Origin: Candidatus Poribacteria bacterium
GTDB taxonomy: Bacteria; Poribacteria; WGA-4E; WGA-3G
Assembly (NCBI GenBank): GCA_965214095.1
Contig: OZ243938.1
Span: 96,001 to 160,000 of the forward strand
Direction of reading: 5' to 3'
DNA length: 64,000 nt
In this document: positions 50,270-60,387 of the stretch, piece after piece
How the letters are laid out: each line of letters begins with the position of its first letter
Position numbering within the stretch: position 1 is the stretch's first letter
Position numbers and translations under genes: made by a program
Notes under the pieces: model-generated
What the model was told of the DNA's origin: nothing
What the model saw: only the letters and a program-made list of their open reading frames with translations
Database searches by the model: none

Positions 50270-53200
50270 CTATTTACGTATTAACATTTTCCGAGTAGAA
50301 GTATAATCATCTGCGTTGAAAGTGATAAAATAGATCCCTGCTGCGACCTTCTCACCATTACTGTTTCTACCATCCCAATAAGCTGCCTGTCTTCGATCTT
50401 TGTAAAAACCTGCTTTTTGATGTCCCAACACTAATTTACGAACCACAACACCGCGCGTATTGTAAATCGTCAACGAAACATCCGCGGGCTTGGACAACTG
50501 ATAGGGTATCCACGTCTCTGGATTGAATGGGTTCGGATAATTTGATAGGAGTTGCGTATTGTCAGGTATCTCAATACTGTTGCTTGGTCCAGGAGGAACA
50601 GCAGGGATGACTTCTATCGGTAGACTATCTGTGTCTACTACAAAATTATAACCGTGATTATATATACCGCGCTGAGACTTAACGTCAGTGAGATTAACAG
50701 TAACAGCATCAGTCGTTCCAGCGGTTCGGATTACGTCAATAATACCACTTTCAGATTGACCAACTTTAATCAAAATATCATAAAAATAATCCTCACCGGT
50801 ATCGAATGCACCAGTTCTCTCATCAGGGTCAATATAGCCGTTGGTGACGGTTGGGTGTGGGTGAATATGGAATTTGCTTGGAACACCTACAGGACACACT
50901 GCTTTGAATTGACCATCTGCCACCTTTTCCAATTTGACTTTAAGTGTCAACCCACCACCTTCAAAACTTGTAAGTTTCGTAAGACCGACAAACAATCCAT
51001 CCGGCAAGGTTGACAAATTGTTACCTCCCATGTAAAGATTTGTCAATTTGGTCAAAGAACTAAAAGTATTGGCTGGTAATGAACTAATATTATTACTTGC
51101 GATGTTTAAATATCTAAGGTTGGTGTTGTTCTCGAAAATTCCAGACGGCAATGTAGTTAAATCATTTGATGATAGGTTCAATTGATTCAAATTTGTTAGT
51201 CCGTCAAAAATCCCATCAGGTAATGCACTCAAACCGTTTTGCAGTAAGTTGAGATAGTTAAGTTTGGAATTATTGTCAAACATATCAGCTGGTAACGATG
51301 CTAAATTGTTTATATGAAGACCAAGATGTTTCAGTTCAGAGTTTTTGTCAAATATCCCAGCAGGTAAAGTAGTTAAACCGTTGTAATATATAATTAACTC
51401 TTCCAAATTCGTATTTTTGTCAAATATCCCAGCAGGTAAAGTAGTGAGTTTGTTACCCCACAATTGAATATTTTTAAGAGAAGTGAGTTCATCAAATACA
51501 CCGACTGGCAACGAAGCTAATTGGCTATCGGTTTGGTCTTCATCGTTGTATAAATCCAGATGTTCTAATGCAGAGAGTCCATTAAACATACCACTGGAGA
51601 GGGTAGTGAAATTATTTACACCTAAGTCAAGATATGTTAGATTGGAAAGTTCTGCAAAGATATTATCAGGCAAAGATGTCATACCGTTGAATGGAAGTTC
51701 AAGAGACTCAAGAGCAGTGAGACCATCAAAAATCCCGTCGGGTAACGTTGGCAATGCGTTGAATAAAAGACTAAGCTCCGTCAGACCAGTGAGACCATCA
51801 AAATCACCAGCTTGTAATGCGGTTAATTTTGGCGACCAATTACCCCGCGATATATAACCCCCTATAATGCTAAGTGATGTAATTGCAGCAAGGTGTTCCG
51901 CAGTTACATCGTCAGCGGAATTAACACCATCAACAGCCGCAACAATTGCATCACGCACCCCTGCAGTACGTTCGCTAACAGGTGTGATACCTTCGTCTAC
52001 ATCCGTAACATTGATGGTGACATCTATTGTAGCACTTGCATTACTTACACCACTGTCATCTGTTACCTTAACAGTAACTGAATAGGAATCCTTGTTCTCA
52101 TAATCCAATGGAGCACTGGTTTTCAACTGTCCGCTTGTGGTAACAATACTAAATGATGACGCATCCGTACCTTCCAAGCTATATGTCAATGTGTCGTCTG
52201 TGTCATCATCTGAAGCAGAGACAGGTTCACCAATATCGGTATCGGCAGGGGTATTTTCAGCGATTGAACGGGTGACAGGGGCAGTCTCGTCAAATGTAGG
52301 TGTGTTGTTAACCACTTGCATTGAAATTCTGAGAGCAGCAGTGACCGTTCCCGAAACTTCAGCTTTTCCACCATTACTATCATCGGCTACAACCTTGATG
52401 GAGTAGTTTGATTTTGTATCGTCAATGAGTGCTTGTGTGACTTTCAGTTGTCCTGAATTATCAATATCGAACTTCGCTGCATCATTTCCACTAACACTGT
52501 ATGTCAATGTATCGTTATCAGGGTCAGTTGCAGTGAGTGCATCCCCAATACTATCCCCGACGGATACATCGTTAATATTTGAGATGCGGTAGTCGAAACT
52601 ATTGACCGAGAATGTTGGTGGGCGGTTTTCAGTGACATCCGTGATATTGATGTCGACATCAATCGTAGCACTGTTATTACTCTCACCACTGTCATCTGTT
52701 GCAGTGACGGTTACCGAGTAAGAGGCATCATCTTCAAAGTCAAGTGCGTCCTTCGTCTTTATCTGTCCAGTTTCATCATCAATACTGAATGAATCAGCGT
52801 CCGTGCCACCGAGGCTATATTCCAAGTCATCGCCATCTTCATCCGTAGCAGCTACAGGCGTTCCGATGTTTGTATCCGCAACAGTATTCTCAGCGATGGC
52901 GCGTGTGGCAGGACTTGTTTCGGAGAATGTTGGTGCATCGTTCGCATCCGTAACATTAATCGTGACGTTGATGGAAGCACTGTTATTGCTTTCACCGCTG
53001 TCATCTGTGACAGTGACGGTTACCGAATGTGAAGCACTTGCCTCGTGATTAAGTCCGTCCTTCGTTTTGATCTGTCCAGTGTCGGTATCAATGTCAAATG
53101 AAGAACCGTCCGTGCCACCGATGCTGTATTCAAAATCATCACCATCCTGATCAGTGGCAGGGAAAGGACTGCCGATGTTGACATTCGCAGCAGTATGCTC

Positions 53201-56200
53201 TGCTATAGAGAATGTGATAGGACTTGTCTGCGTGAATTTCGGTGCATCGTTCGCATCGGTGACGTTAATTGTAACAGTGATTTCGTCCTCAAGGCTGCCA
53301 TCGGATACGGTGACCGTCACCGTATAGGAGTCTTTCGTTTCAAAGTCTAATGCATCCTTTGTCCGTAGTTGTCCGCTTGTGCTATTGATACTAAACGCTG
53401 CTGCATTCGTGCCACCGAGCGTATATTCCAATTCGTCTTCGTCAGCATCGGAGGCTTCCACAGCATCCCCGATATCTAACCCTGTCCCGGTATTCTCTGC
53501 AACTGAACGTGTTGCCGTTTCCCCTTCAGAGAATTCTGGTGCGGTATTCTCGTCTACATCGGTGACATTGATTGTAACCTCTATGGTTGCCTCGCCGCCA
53601 TTGTCATCAGAAACAGTAATTTCCACAGAATAAGATTTCTTTTCTTCAAAATCTAACGCTGCATTGGTTCTCAACTGTCCGTTTGTGCTATTGATACTAA
53701 ACGATGTTTCATCTGTGCCACCGAGCGTGTATGTTAGTGTATCTTCATCTGCATCTGTGGCAGTAACCGCGTCCCCGATGTCTTCACCGGAACCAGTATT
53801 TTCTGCAACGGAACGCGTGGTATCCGCGCCTTCTTCGAACACAGGTGCACGGTTCTCATCTACATCCCTAACCATAATAGAAATCTCAATACTAACGGAT
53901 AGTTCACCATCAGATACCTTGAGTGCTACAGAATAGGAGGACGTATCCTCATAATCGAGGGCTGCTTTGGTCTGTAATCTTTTAGTCGTGCTATTGAAAT
54001 CAAACGATTCTGCATCATCACCTTCAAGGGTATATGTTAACGTAGTGTTCTCATCTGGATCCGTTGCAACAAAAGCGCGTCCGAAATCTACACCTGAAGC
54101 CGTATTTTCAGCGACGCGTCGTGTCGTGCTTTCACCATCTTCGAATGCAGGTGCTTCGTTGACGTTTGACACATTGATTGTGACGGTGATCTCGTCTTCA
54201 AGGCTACCATCCGACACGGTGACCGTCACCGTATATGAATTCTTATCTTCATAGTCCAGGGCAGCACTTGTTTTGAGTTGTCCTGTTTCATCGTCAATGC
54301 TGAAAGAAGAAGCATCCGTACCACTGAGTAGATAAGCAAGCGTTTCGCTGTCCTCGTCTGTTGCAGCGATTGCCTCACCAATATCAGTGTCCTCTGCCGT
54401 ATTCTCTGGCACAGATCGGGTTGTGTCCTCTCCGTCTGAGAAGACAGGCGCGATATTTGAAGGTGTCTCGTCTAAATCTCTCACAGATATAGATACTGTA
54501 ATAGAATCGCTCAAACTACCATCGGTAACGGACACAGTGACCGTGTATGAGTCTTTATCTTCAAAATCAAGAGGTGCTTTTGTTTTGAGTTGTCCTGTCT
54601 TTTCATCAATACTAAACGAAACGGAATCCGTACCACCGAGACTATATGTCAGTGTAGTGTTAGCATCTACATCCGTAGCGGACACTGCGGCACCGATGTT
54701 AATGTTGGCTTTAACGTTTTCTGCAATGGAACGCGTCGTGGTTTCCGCACTAAACACTGGTGCCTCATTGACGTTTGACACGTTGATTGTAACCTCTACG
54801 CTATCACTACTTCCCTCACCATCTGAGACATTCACAATCACCGTATATGCGGATTTGGATTCGTAGTTAAGTTCCGATTTTGTTTTCAATTGTGCAGTCT
54901 CAGTATCAATGTCAAATTCTGCGGCATCCGTGCCACCAAGACTATAAGTCAACGTGTCATCGTCATCGTCTGTTGCTGAGACCGGACTACCTATATTAGT
55001 GTCTGCATCTGTGTTCTCAGGAACTGAGACCGTGATGTCATCTGAAGCAAACTCAGGTGAGTTGTTCGTAGGTGCTTCGTCTACATCGGTGAGATTGATT
55101 GTTACAGTGATGCTATCGCTTCCACCTTCACTATCGGAGACATTTACTGTTACCGTATATGATGACTTTGTCTCATAATCAAGTGATGCACTTGTTCTTA
55201 TCTGTCCATTCGTGCTATTGATACTAAATGAAGATGCATCAGTTCCACTAAGACTGTATGTCAATGTGTCTTCATCCTCATCGGTAGCAGACACAGCACT
55301 CCCAATGTCTACACCAGAACCTGTGTTTTCTGCAATGGAACGAGTTGCAGTACTACCTTCCGTAAACTCGGGTGCAGTGTTGGCAGATCTCTTGTCCACA
55401 TCGGAGACATTGATTGTGACAGTGATACTATCACTGCCTTCATTCCCATCAGAAACATTTACTTTTACCGTATAAGACGACTTATCTTCATAATCCAAAG
55501 CTGCACTTGTTCTTATCTGTCCATTGGTACTATTGATACTAAAAGATTCTGCATCTGTACCGCTAAGACTATAGGTTAGTGTGTCTTTATCCGCATCGGT
55601 GGCGGACACAGTACTTCCGATATCTACACCGGAACCCGTATTCTCAGCTATTGAACGTGTGGCAGAGTCACCTTCTGTGAATTCAGGTGCGTTATTTGGA
55701 GGATCATCTTTTACATCTGTTGTTTCATCAACTACTGCTGTTTCATCTATGTCGGTGATGTTAATTGTGACATCTATAGAGTCTGAAAGACTACCATCAG
55801 AAACTGTGAGTGTGACCGAATATGAACTCTTAGTTTCATAATCCAGTGCTGCTGATGTTTGCAACTGTCCTGAAGTACTATTGATACTAAATGAAGATGC
55901 GTCAGTTCCACTAAGACTGTATGTCAATGTGTCTTCATCATCATCGGTAGCGGACACAGCACTCCCAATGTCTACACCGGAATCTGTATTCTCTGCAACG
56001 GTTCGTGTGGTACTACTACCCTCTGTGAAGACAGGGGCGCGGTTTTCATCTACATCAGTCACACTGATGGCGACTGTGATAGTGTCGGTTAGACTACCAT
56101 CTGATACTGTTACAGTTACCGAAAATGATGATTTGGTTTCATAGTCAAGGGCTGCTTTGGTTTTGAATTGACCTGTGTTCGCGTCAATATTAAAAGATGT

Positions 56201-58516
56201 TGCATCTGTCCCACTCATACTATATGTTAGGTCATCACTGTTTGCATCCGTTGCCGAGACTGCACTGCCAATATCAACACCGGCTTCAGTGTTTTCTGGA
56301 ATGGTGCGCGTCGCAGTTGTGCCTTCTGTGAACACAGGAGCAACATTAATCTTGCTGAAAACCTCCAATGGTAGTTCAGGAGATTTGGAAAACGCGTACC
56401 CAGTATGACCAGTAGGCAGACTTGGCAAAATACCGATGTCAACAGTGACAGCATCATAAGTGTTAGGCGTACGAATGACGGTTAGTGGTTGACTTTCCAC
56501 ACTCCCAGCACGGATCGTTATTGTGGTCACATTATCGGCAAGGTTACCACTTGTGACGGTGATCGGTAAGACAATATCTGTGGGTGCACCACTCGGTAGG
56601 ACAGCTATGATTTGGTTTGTACCGATTTTTTGTAATGATACAGTAAACGGAAGTGGATCAACGCTGTTGCCACGCAAATCTAATACCGATAGAGATGTCA
56701 AACCTACAAATATACCATTGGGAAGTCCTGATAATTGGTTATTGCTCAAGTTGAGGGTTGTCAATGACAACAAACCTGAAAAATCATCTGAAGCAAGGTC
56801 GGTTATGGAACTATTATTCAGATCGAGAGATGTAATAGTTGCTAAGTGAAACTCACTAATATTCCGACAGTCTTCTATATTCTCAAAAGCTTCAACAATC
56901 GCATCACTCACTTGTAACGTCCTGTTGCAGACTTTGGATTTGGCAAGGATATAGCCGTAATGGTTCGCTGGAAGTGATGGCAACTCGCCAATGCTAATTT
57001 CAGCACCAGTCGCTGTGAAAGACGCACTTTCAAGAGACCCTTTAGGTATAGTAACTGTTGCAGTATTCCCACCATCAATTGGTAGTAAAATGTCATAAGG
57101 AGCACCAGTCGGTATAATTGCATTGAACGCATTCTCATCAACTTGCTGCAATGAAACAATCAAAGGGAATGGGTCAATCTGGTTACCACCTAAACGTAGA
57201 CTTGTAAGAGAGGTCAAACCATGAAAGATTCCTACCGGTAGGCTGCTCAACATGTTACCGTATAGATTAAGACTGGTTAATCCTGTCAACCCAGAAAAAT
57301 CTCCTGATTTAAGTGATGCAATATTACTATTACGGAAATCCAGACTGGTAATGGCTGCAAGGTGTGCTGCGGTCACATCAGATGCATCGGTCACACCCGA
57401 AATGGCTTCGACAATCGCATCTTGCACTTCTTGCGTGCGTTCACTCACAGGTAGGAAAGTCGAGGTAATAGGTGTATCGTTGACATCAATAACTCTAATA
57501 ATCACAGAAATGGTTGCTGTAAGTTCGTTATCGGAAGCCGTAACGGATACGACGTAGACGCGTTTCGTTTCGTAATCCAAATCTGCCTTCGTTTTAAGCT
57601 GACCAGTTGCACTCTCAATATCAAATGAACCGGCATCTATTCCGCTCAGTGTATATGTCAATTGATCGTTATTGACATCTGATGCTGAGATAGGACTTCC
57701 GATATTTATACCATTATCCGTATTTTCAACGACAGATCGGGTAGTGATTGTTCCGTCAGTAAATGTAGGTGCAGTGTTTTCTTGTACATCAGTTGTATCG
57801 GTAGTATCAGTTGTATCGGTAGTATCAGTAGTTTCTATTACAGCACTGATAACTTCAAGTGGTAACCCCTCAGATGTCGTCAGCGCATAACCGTAATGGT
57901 TTTGTGGCAAAGTGGGTAAAGTGCCAATATTTGCTGAGACAGCCGCCGTAGAGTTTGCTGTGCGGGTAACAGTAACCGCATCACTTTCTGTTGCACCTAT
58001 AGAGATCGTCAGACTTGTTGTACTATCGGAGAGCGATGCATTTGTAACGCTGATTGGGACTTGAATATTAAAAGGTGCACCTGTTGGTGCTATCGCTTTG
58101 AATTGATCCTCACCAACTTTTTCAAGCGTAACGGTGATGGGAATAGGGTCAACGGTGTTGCTTCCTAATCGCAAGCTTGTCAGAGCAGTCAATCCCTCAA
58201 AGATACCATTTGGCAAACTGCTGAGTTCATTGTTGTATAGATTCAGATTAGTTAAACCTGTCAATCCTGCGAAATCACCGGATTTCAGTTCAGTGATGCC
58301 TTTGCCTCTAAGGTCAATACTTGTTATTTCTGCTAAATGTGTGTTGGTTACGTCTGTTGCGGTGTTGACACCTGCAGCAGTCACGATTGCATCGCGTACC
58401 TCTGCTGTGCGATCACTCACATCCGCATACGTTGATACACCCAGAGTCAATAATATCGTCCATAAGACAATAAAAGTCGATTTTGTCCAACTGCTTCTCA
58501 TAGTATTCATTTTCAT
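50270..58516 (-). CDS. Giant cadherin-repeat/LRR secreted protein C (2748 aa) with CTD; close paralogue of B
   Basis: Same N-terminal modules and stalk as B, but a single long C-terminal LRR module. Confidence 0.93.
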   Translation of the reverse strand: MKMNTMRSSWTKSTFIVLWTILLTLGVSTYADVSDRTAEVRDAIVTAAGVNTATDVTNTHLAEITSIDLRGKGITELKSGDFAGLTGLTNLNLYNNELSSLPNGIFEGLTALTSLRLGSNTVDPIPITVTLEKVGEDQFKAIAPTGAPFNIQVPISVTNASLSDSTTSLTISIGATESDAVTVTRTANSTAAVSANIGTLPTLPQNHYGYALTTSEGLPLEVISAVIETTDTTDTTDTTDTTDVQENTAPTFTDGTITTRSVVENTDNGINIGSPISASDVNNDQLTYTLSGIDAGSFDIESATGQLKTKADLDYETKRVYVVSVTASDNELTATISVIIRVIDVNDTPITSTFLPVSERTQEVQDAIVEAISGVTDASDVTAAHLAAITSLDFRNSNIASLKSGDFSGLTGLTSLNLYGNMLSSLPVGIFHGLTSLTSLRLGGNQIDPFPLIVSLQQVDENAFNAIIPTGAPYDILLPIDGGNTATVTIPKGSLESASFTATGAEISIGELPSLPANHYGYILAKSKVCNRTLQVSDAIVEAFENIEDCRNISEFHLATITSLDLNNSSITDLASDDFSGLLSLTTLNLSNNQLSGLPNGIFVGLTSLSVLDLRGNSVDPLPFTVSLQKIGTNQIIAVLPSGAPTDIVLPITVTSGNLADNVTTITIRAGSVESQPLTVIRTPNTYDAVTVDIGILPSLPTGHTGYAFSKSPELPLEVFSKINVAPVFTEGTTATRTIPENTEAGVDIGSAVSATDANSDDLTYSMSGTDATSFNIDANTGQFKTKAALDYETKSSFSVTVTVSDGSLTDTITVAISVTDVDENRAPVFTEGSSTTRTVAENTDSGVDIGSAVSATDDDEDTLTYSLSGTDASSFSINSTSGQLQTSAALDYETKSSYSVTLTVSDGSLSDSIDVTINITDIDETAVVDETTDVKDDPPNNAPEFTEGDSATRSIAENTGSGVDIGSTVSATDADKDTLTYSLSGTDAESFSINSTNGQIRTSAALDYEDKSSYTVKVNVSDGNEGSDSITVTINVSDVDKRSANTAPEFTEGSTATRSIAENTGSGVDIGSAVSATDEDEDTLTYSLSGTDASSFSINSTNGQIRTSASLDYETKSSYTVTVNVSDSEGGSDSITVTINLTDVDEAPTNNSPEFASDDITVSVPENTDADTNIGSPVSATDDDDDTLTYSLGGTDAAEFDIDTETAQLKTKSELNYESKSAYTVIVNVSDGEGSSDSVEVTINVSNVNEAPVFSAETTTRSIAENVKANINIGAAVSATDVDANTTLTYSLGGTDSVSFSIDEKTGQLKTKAPLDFEDKDSYTVTVSVTDGSLSDSITVSISVRDLDETPSNIAPVFSDGEDTTRSVPENTAEDTDIGEAIAATDEDSETLAYLLSGTDASSFSIDDETGQLKTSAALDYEDKNSYTVTVTVSDGSLEDEITVTINVSNVNEAPAFEDGESTTRRVAENTASGVDFGRAFVATDPDENTTLTYTLEGDDAESFDFNSTTKRLQTKAALDYEDTSSYSVALKVSDGELSVSIEISIMVRDVDENRAPVFEEGADTTRSVAENTGSGEDIGDAVTATDADEDTLTYTLGGTDETSFSINSTNGQLRTNAALDFEEKKSYSVEITVSDDNGGEATIEVTINVTDVDENTAPEFSEGETATRSVAENTGTGLDIGDAVEASDADEDELEYTLGGTNAAAFSINSTSGQLRTKDALDFETKDSYTVTVTVSDGSLEDEITVTINVTDANDAPKFTQTSPITFSIAEHTAANVNIGSPFPATDQDGDDFEYSIGGTDGSSFDIDTDTGQIKTKDGLNHEASASHSVTVTVTDDSGESNNSASINVTINVTDANDAPTFSETSPATRAIAENTVADTNIGTPVAATDEDGDDLEYSLGGTDADSFSIDDETGQIKTKDALDFEDDASYSVTVTATDDSGESNNSATIDVDINITDVTENRPPTFSVNSFDYRISNINDVSVGDSIGDALTATDPDNDTLTYSVSGNDAAKFDIDNSGQLKVTQALIDDTKSNYSIKVVADDSNGGKAEVSGTVTAALRISMQVVNNTPTFDETAPVTRSIAENTPADTDIGEPVSASDDDTDDTLTYSLEGTDASSFSIVTTSGQLKTSAPLDYENKDSYSVTVKVTDDSGVSNASATIDVTINVTDVDEGITPVSERTAGVRDAIVAAVDGVNSADDVTAEHLAAITSLSIIGGYISRGNWSPKLTALQAGDFDGLTGLTELSLLFNALPTLPDGIFDGLTALESLELPFNGMTSLPDNIFAELSNLTYLDLGVNNFTTLSSGMFNGLSALEHLDLYNDEDQTDSQLASLPVGVFDELTSLKNIQLWGNKLTTLPAGIFDKNTNLEELIIYYNGLTTLPAGIFDKNSELKHLGLHINNLASLPADMFDNNSKLNYLNLLQNGLSALPDGIFDGLTNLNQLNLSSNDLTTLPSGIFENNTNLRYLNIASNNISSLPANTFSSLTKLTNLYMGGNNLSTLPDGLFVGLTKLTSFEGGGLTLKVKLEKVADGQFKAVCPVGVPSKFHIHPHPTVTNGYIDPDERTGAFDTGEDYFYDILIKVGQSESGIIDVIRTAGTTDAVTVNLTDVKSQRGIYNHGYNFVVDTDSLPIEVIPAVPPGPSNSIEIPDNTQLLSNYPNPFNPETWIPYQLSKPADVSLTIYNTRGVVVRKLVLGHQKAGFYKDRRQAAYWDGRNSNGEKVAAGIYFITFNADDYTSTRKMLIRK

Positions 58517-58559
58517 AATAGATTCCTTTCGGTGTTGACCATAGACATATCATTTTTAA

Positions 58560-58790
58560 ATAACTTCTGACCTGCTGCTATGAAGGTGTAAAAATAAGGA
58601 CCAGTTGCGATTCTTATCAATGCAGTCTAGTTCATCCCAATGTTTAGTACCGCCTCGGGTGGCAGAATATCTGCGTGCCAACGGCTTAACGAGTGCACCA
58701 TTCGTGGCGTTAACCGGAACAAAAAGAGGAGTATGTCCCGGTTGTTGCCACGATTTTTGGACTTGTCAGCTCCTGCTATTTACGATGACT
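58560..58790 (-). pseudogene. Heavily decayed relic of an LRR-module/CTD gene
   Basis: Frame-hopping translation gives 'GADK..IVATTG..VPVNATNG' (compare GEDQFKAVAPTG..VPISVTN) and 'HWD...IATGPYFYTF' (compare HWDGRN..VAAGVYFYTF). Confidence 0.5.
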
Positions 58791-58919
58791 GATTGATTCT
58801 GATAGTATCTCTATTCAAGTGAAATCCCTTTCGTTATAGTTTTGGTTACTTTTCTGAGTTCTCTACGATTAATGTCTAGCGATTCGGCCACTGTTTCTAC
58901 TGTTCCTCTTGTTGTGTAC

Positions 58920-60357
58920 TCAGAATTTTAATTCTGTCCACGAACAGATAGACCTACTTTTTGCAGACACAAACCCATGCATGCGAACGGTAACTAACTG
59001 AGTCTGATCTCCAGCATACGAGACATCCTCAAGACGATAATAGTAATCCGTATTAGGCTTGGCGGTGGTGTCTATCCAAGTGTATTCGGTGCGTTCTGCT
59101 GTTGTGCCTGACCCTATGACCATATTTGAGTTGACTATCCTGAATTCGCCACTCTTTGTTTCGCTGCGATAGATATGGAAACCTGCGTTGTCTACCTCCG
59201 ATTCGGTTGTCCATTTCAGCACAACACTTACATCAGTACGTTCTGCTCAGAATTGTCACTCGGATTGTTACAGATAAGCTGCTATCACTTACAATCACCT
59301 CTATTTCGTAGCTTTGCTGTGTTTGATAATCCAATGCTGCAAAGGTCAACAACTGTCCTGTGTTTTCATCAATCCGAAAGGATTCAGCATTGTGTCCGCC
59401 AAGTTGATATATGAGCGTATCACTACTATCGGGATCGGTTGCTAAGATGGGATTGCCGATATTGCTATCAGCACCTGTGTTTTCTGCAATTGATCGTGAG
59501 GTGGATAGACCTTCCGTAAATGACGGTGGACTGTTCTCAGGTTCTACATCAGTGACCTCAACTATAACTTCAATAGAATCCGTATTGACTACATTTCCAG
59601 GATTGCTATTTCTGTCTGATGCATTTTCATGATCACTATCATCAACACCTAACGTGAATGAATATGTATTATTGCCATCTTCATCAACAGGTGCTTCAAA
59701 ATCAAGCCGAGTAGATAACACTAATTGCGCACTACCATCAAATTCCATAAGAGAGAAATAATTGCTATCAGGTGTGTCCTGAAGGCTATATTTCAAACTA
59801 TTCTTTCCTTCATCAAGATGTATGTCATCTCCATCTGTGGCATTTATCACAACACCAATATTACTACCGACCTCTTGACTTTCTGGTATGGTGATTCGGA
59901 TCGGACCCTCCGATGAAAATTCTGGTGAATGTTCGTTTAGGTTGTTCACCAGAATAATAAGAATCATAGAGTCATGGTTCAAATACTGATCCATAACCCG
60001 AATTTTAACTTTATATTTTCTCTTTACCTCATAATCCAATTCAGTGACTGTTGTCACTGCACCGTTACGAAGGTCAATTGCAAAGTCGTCAGAGTCTCTT
60101 CCATACCAAGCATCAATCATATATTCCATTGGTTCATCTCCTGGATGCGATGCTGTTATTGTTATTAAATGTGTCCCAATGGCTTCCCCCTCATCCACAT
60201 TCGTATAAGATTCATGACTTGGAAGTCTGGGTGAATCATCACCATGTGGATGTGCATAAACCTGATTCCAGATGTCAAAACACATGTATTGATATAGAAC
60301 AGATGTTAGAAAAGTTATCAACAGACAAATTGTTCGGTTTGAGTTATTAATTCTCAT
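58920..60357 (-). pseudogene. Secreted cadherin-repeat protein D joined out of frame (near 59249) to a C-terminal 'LKWTTESEVDNAGF' Ig/FN3-like domain
   Basis: ORF 59233-60357 stops just after its third cadherin repeat. Another frame reads 'AERTDVSVVLKWTTESE...' from the same point to 58920. Confidence 0.75.
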
Positions 60358-60387
60358 GAAACCTTCCCTTGTTTCATTTTGTAGAAT

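Noticed and set aside
58700-58755. Stem-loop upstream of gene C as a riboswitch or ncRNA
   Set aside because: It does not match riboswitch consensus sequences I know, and it overlaps what looks like decayed coding sequence. An Rfam scan would settle it.
59233-59235. TGA read-through (selenocysteine) joining the two parts of gene D
   Set aside because: The downstream domain is in a different reading frame.
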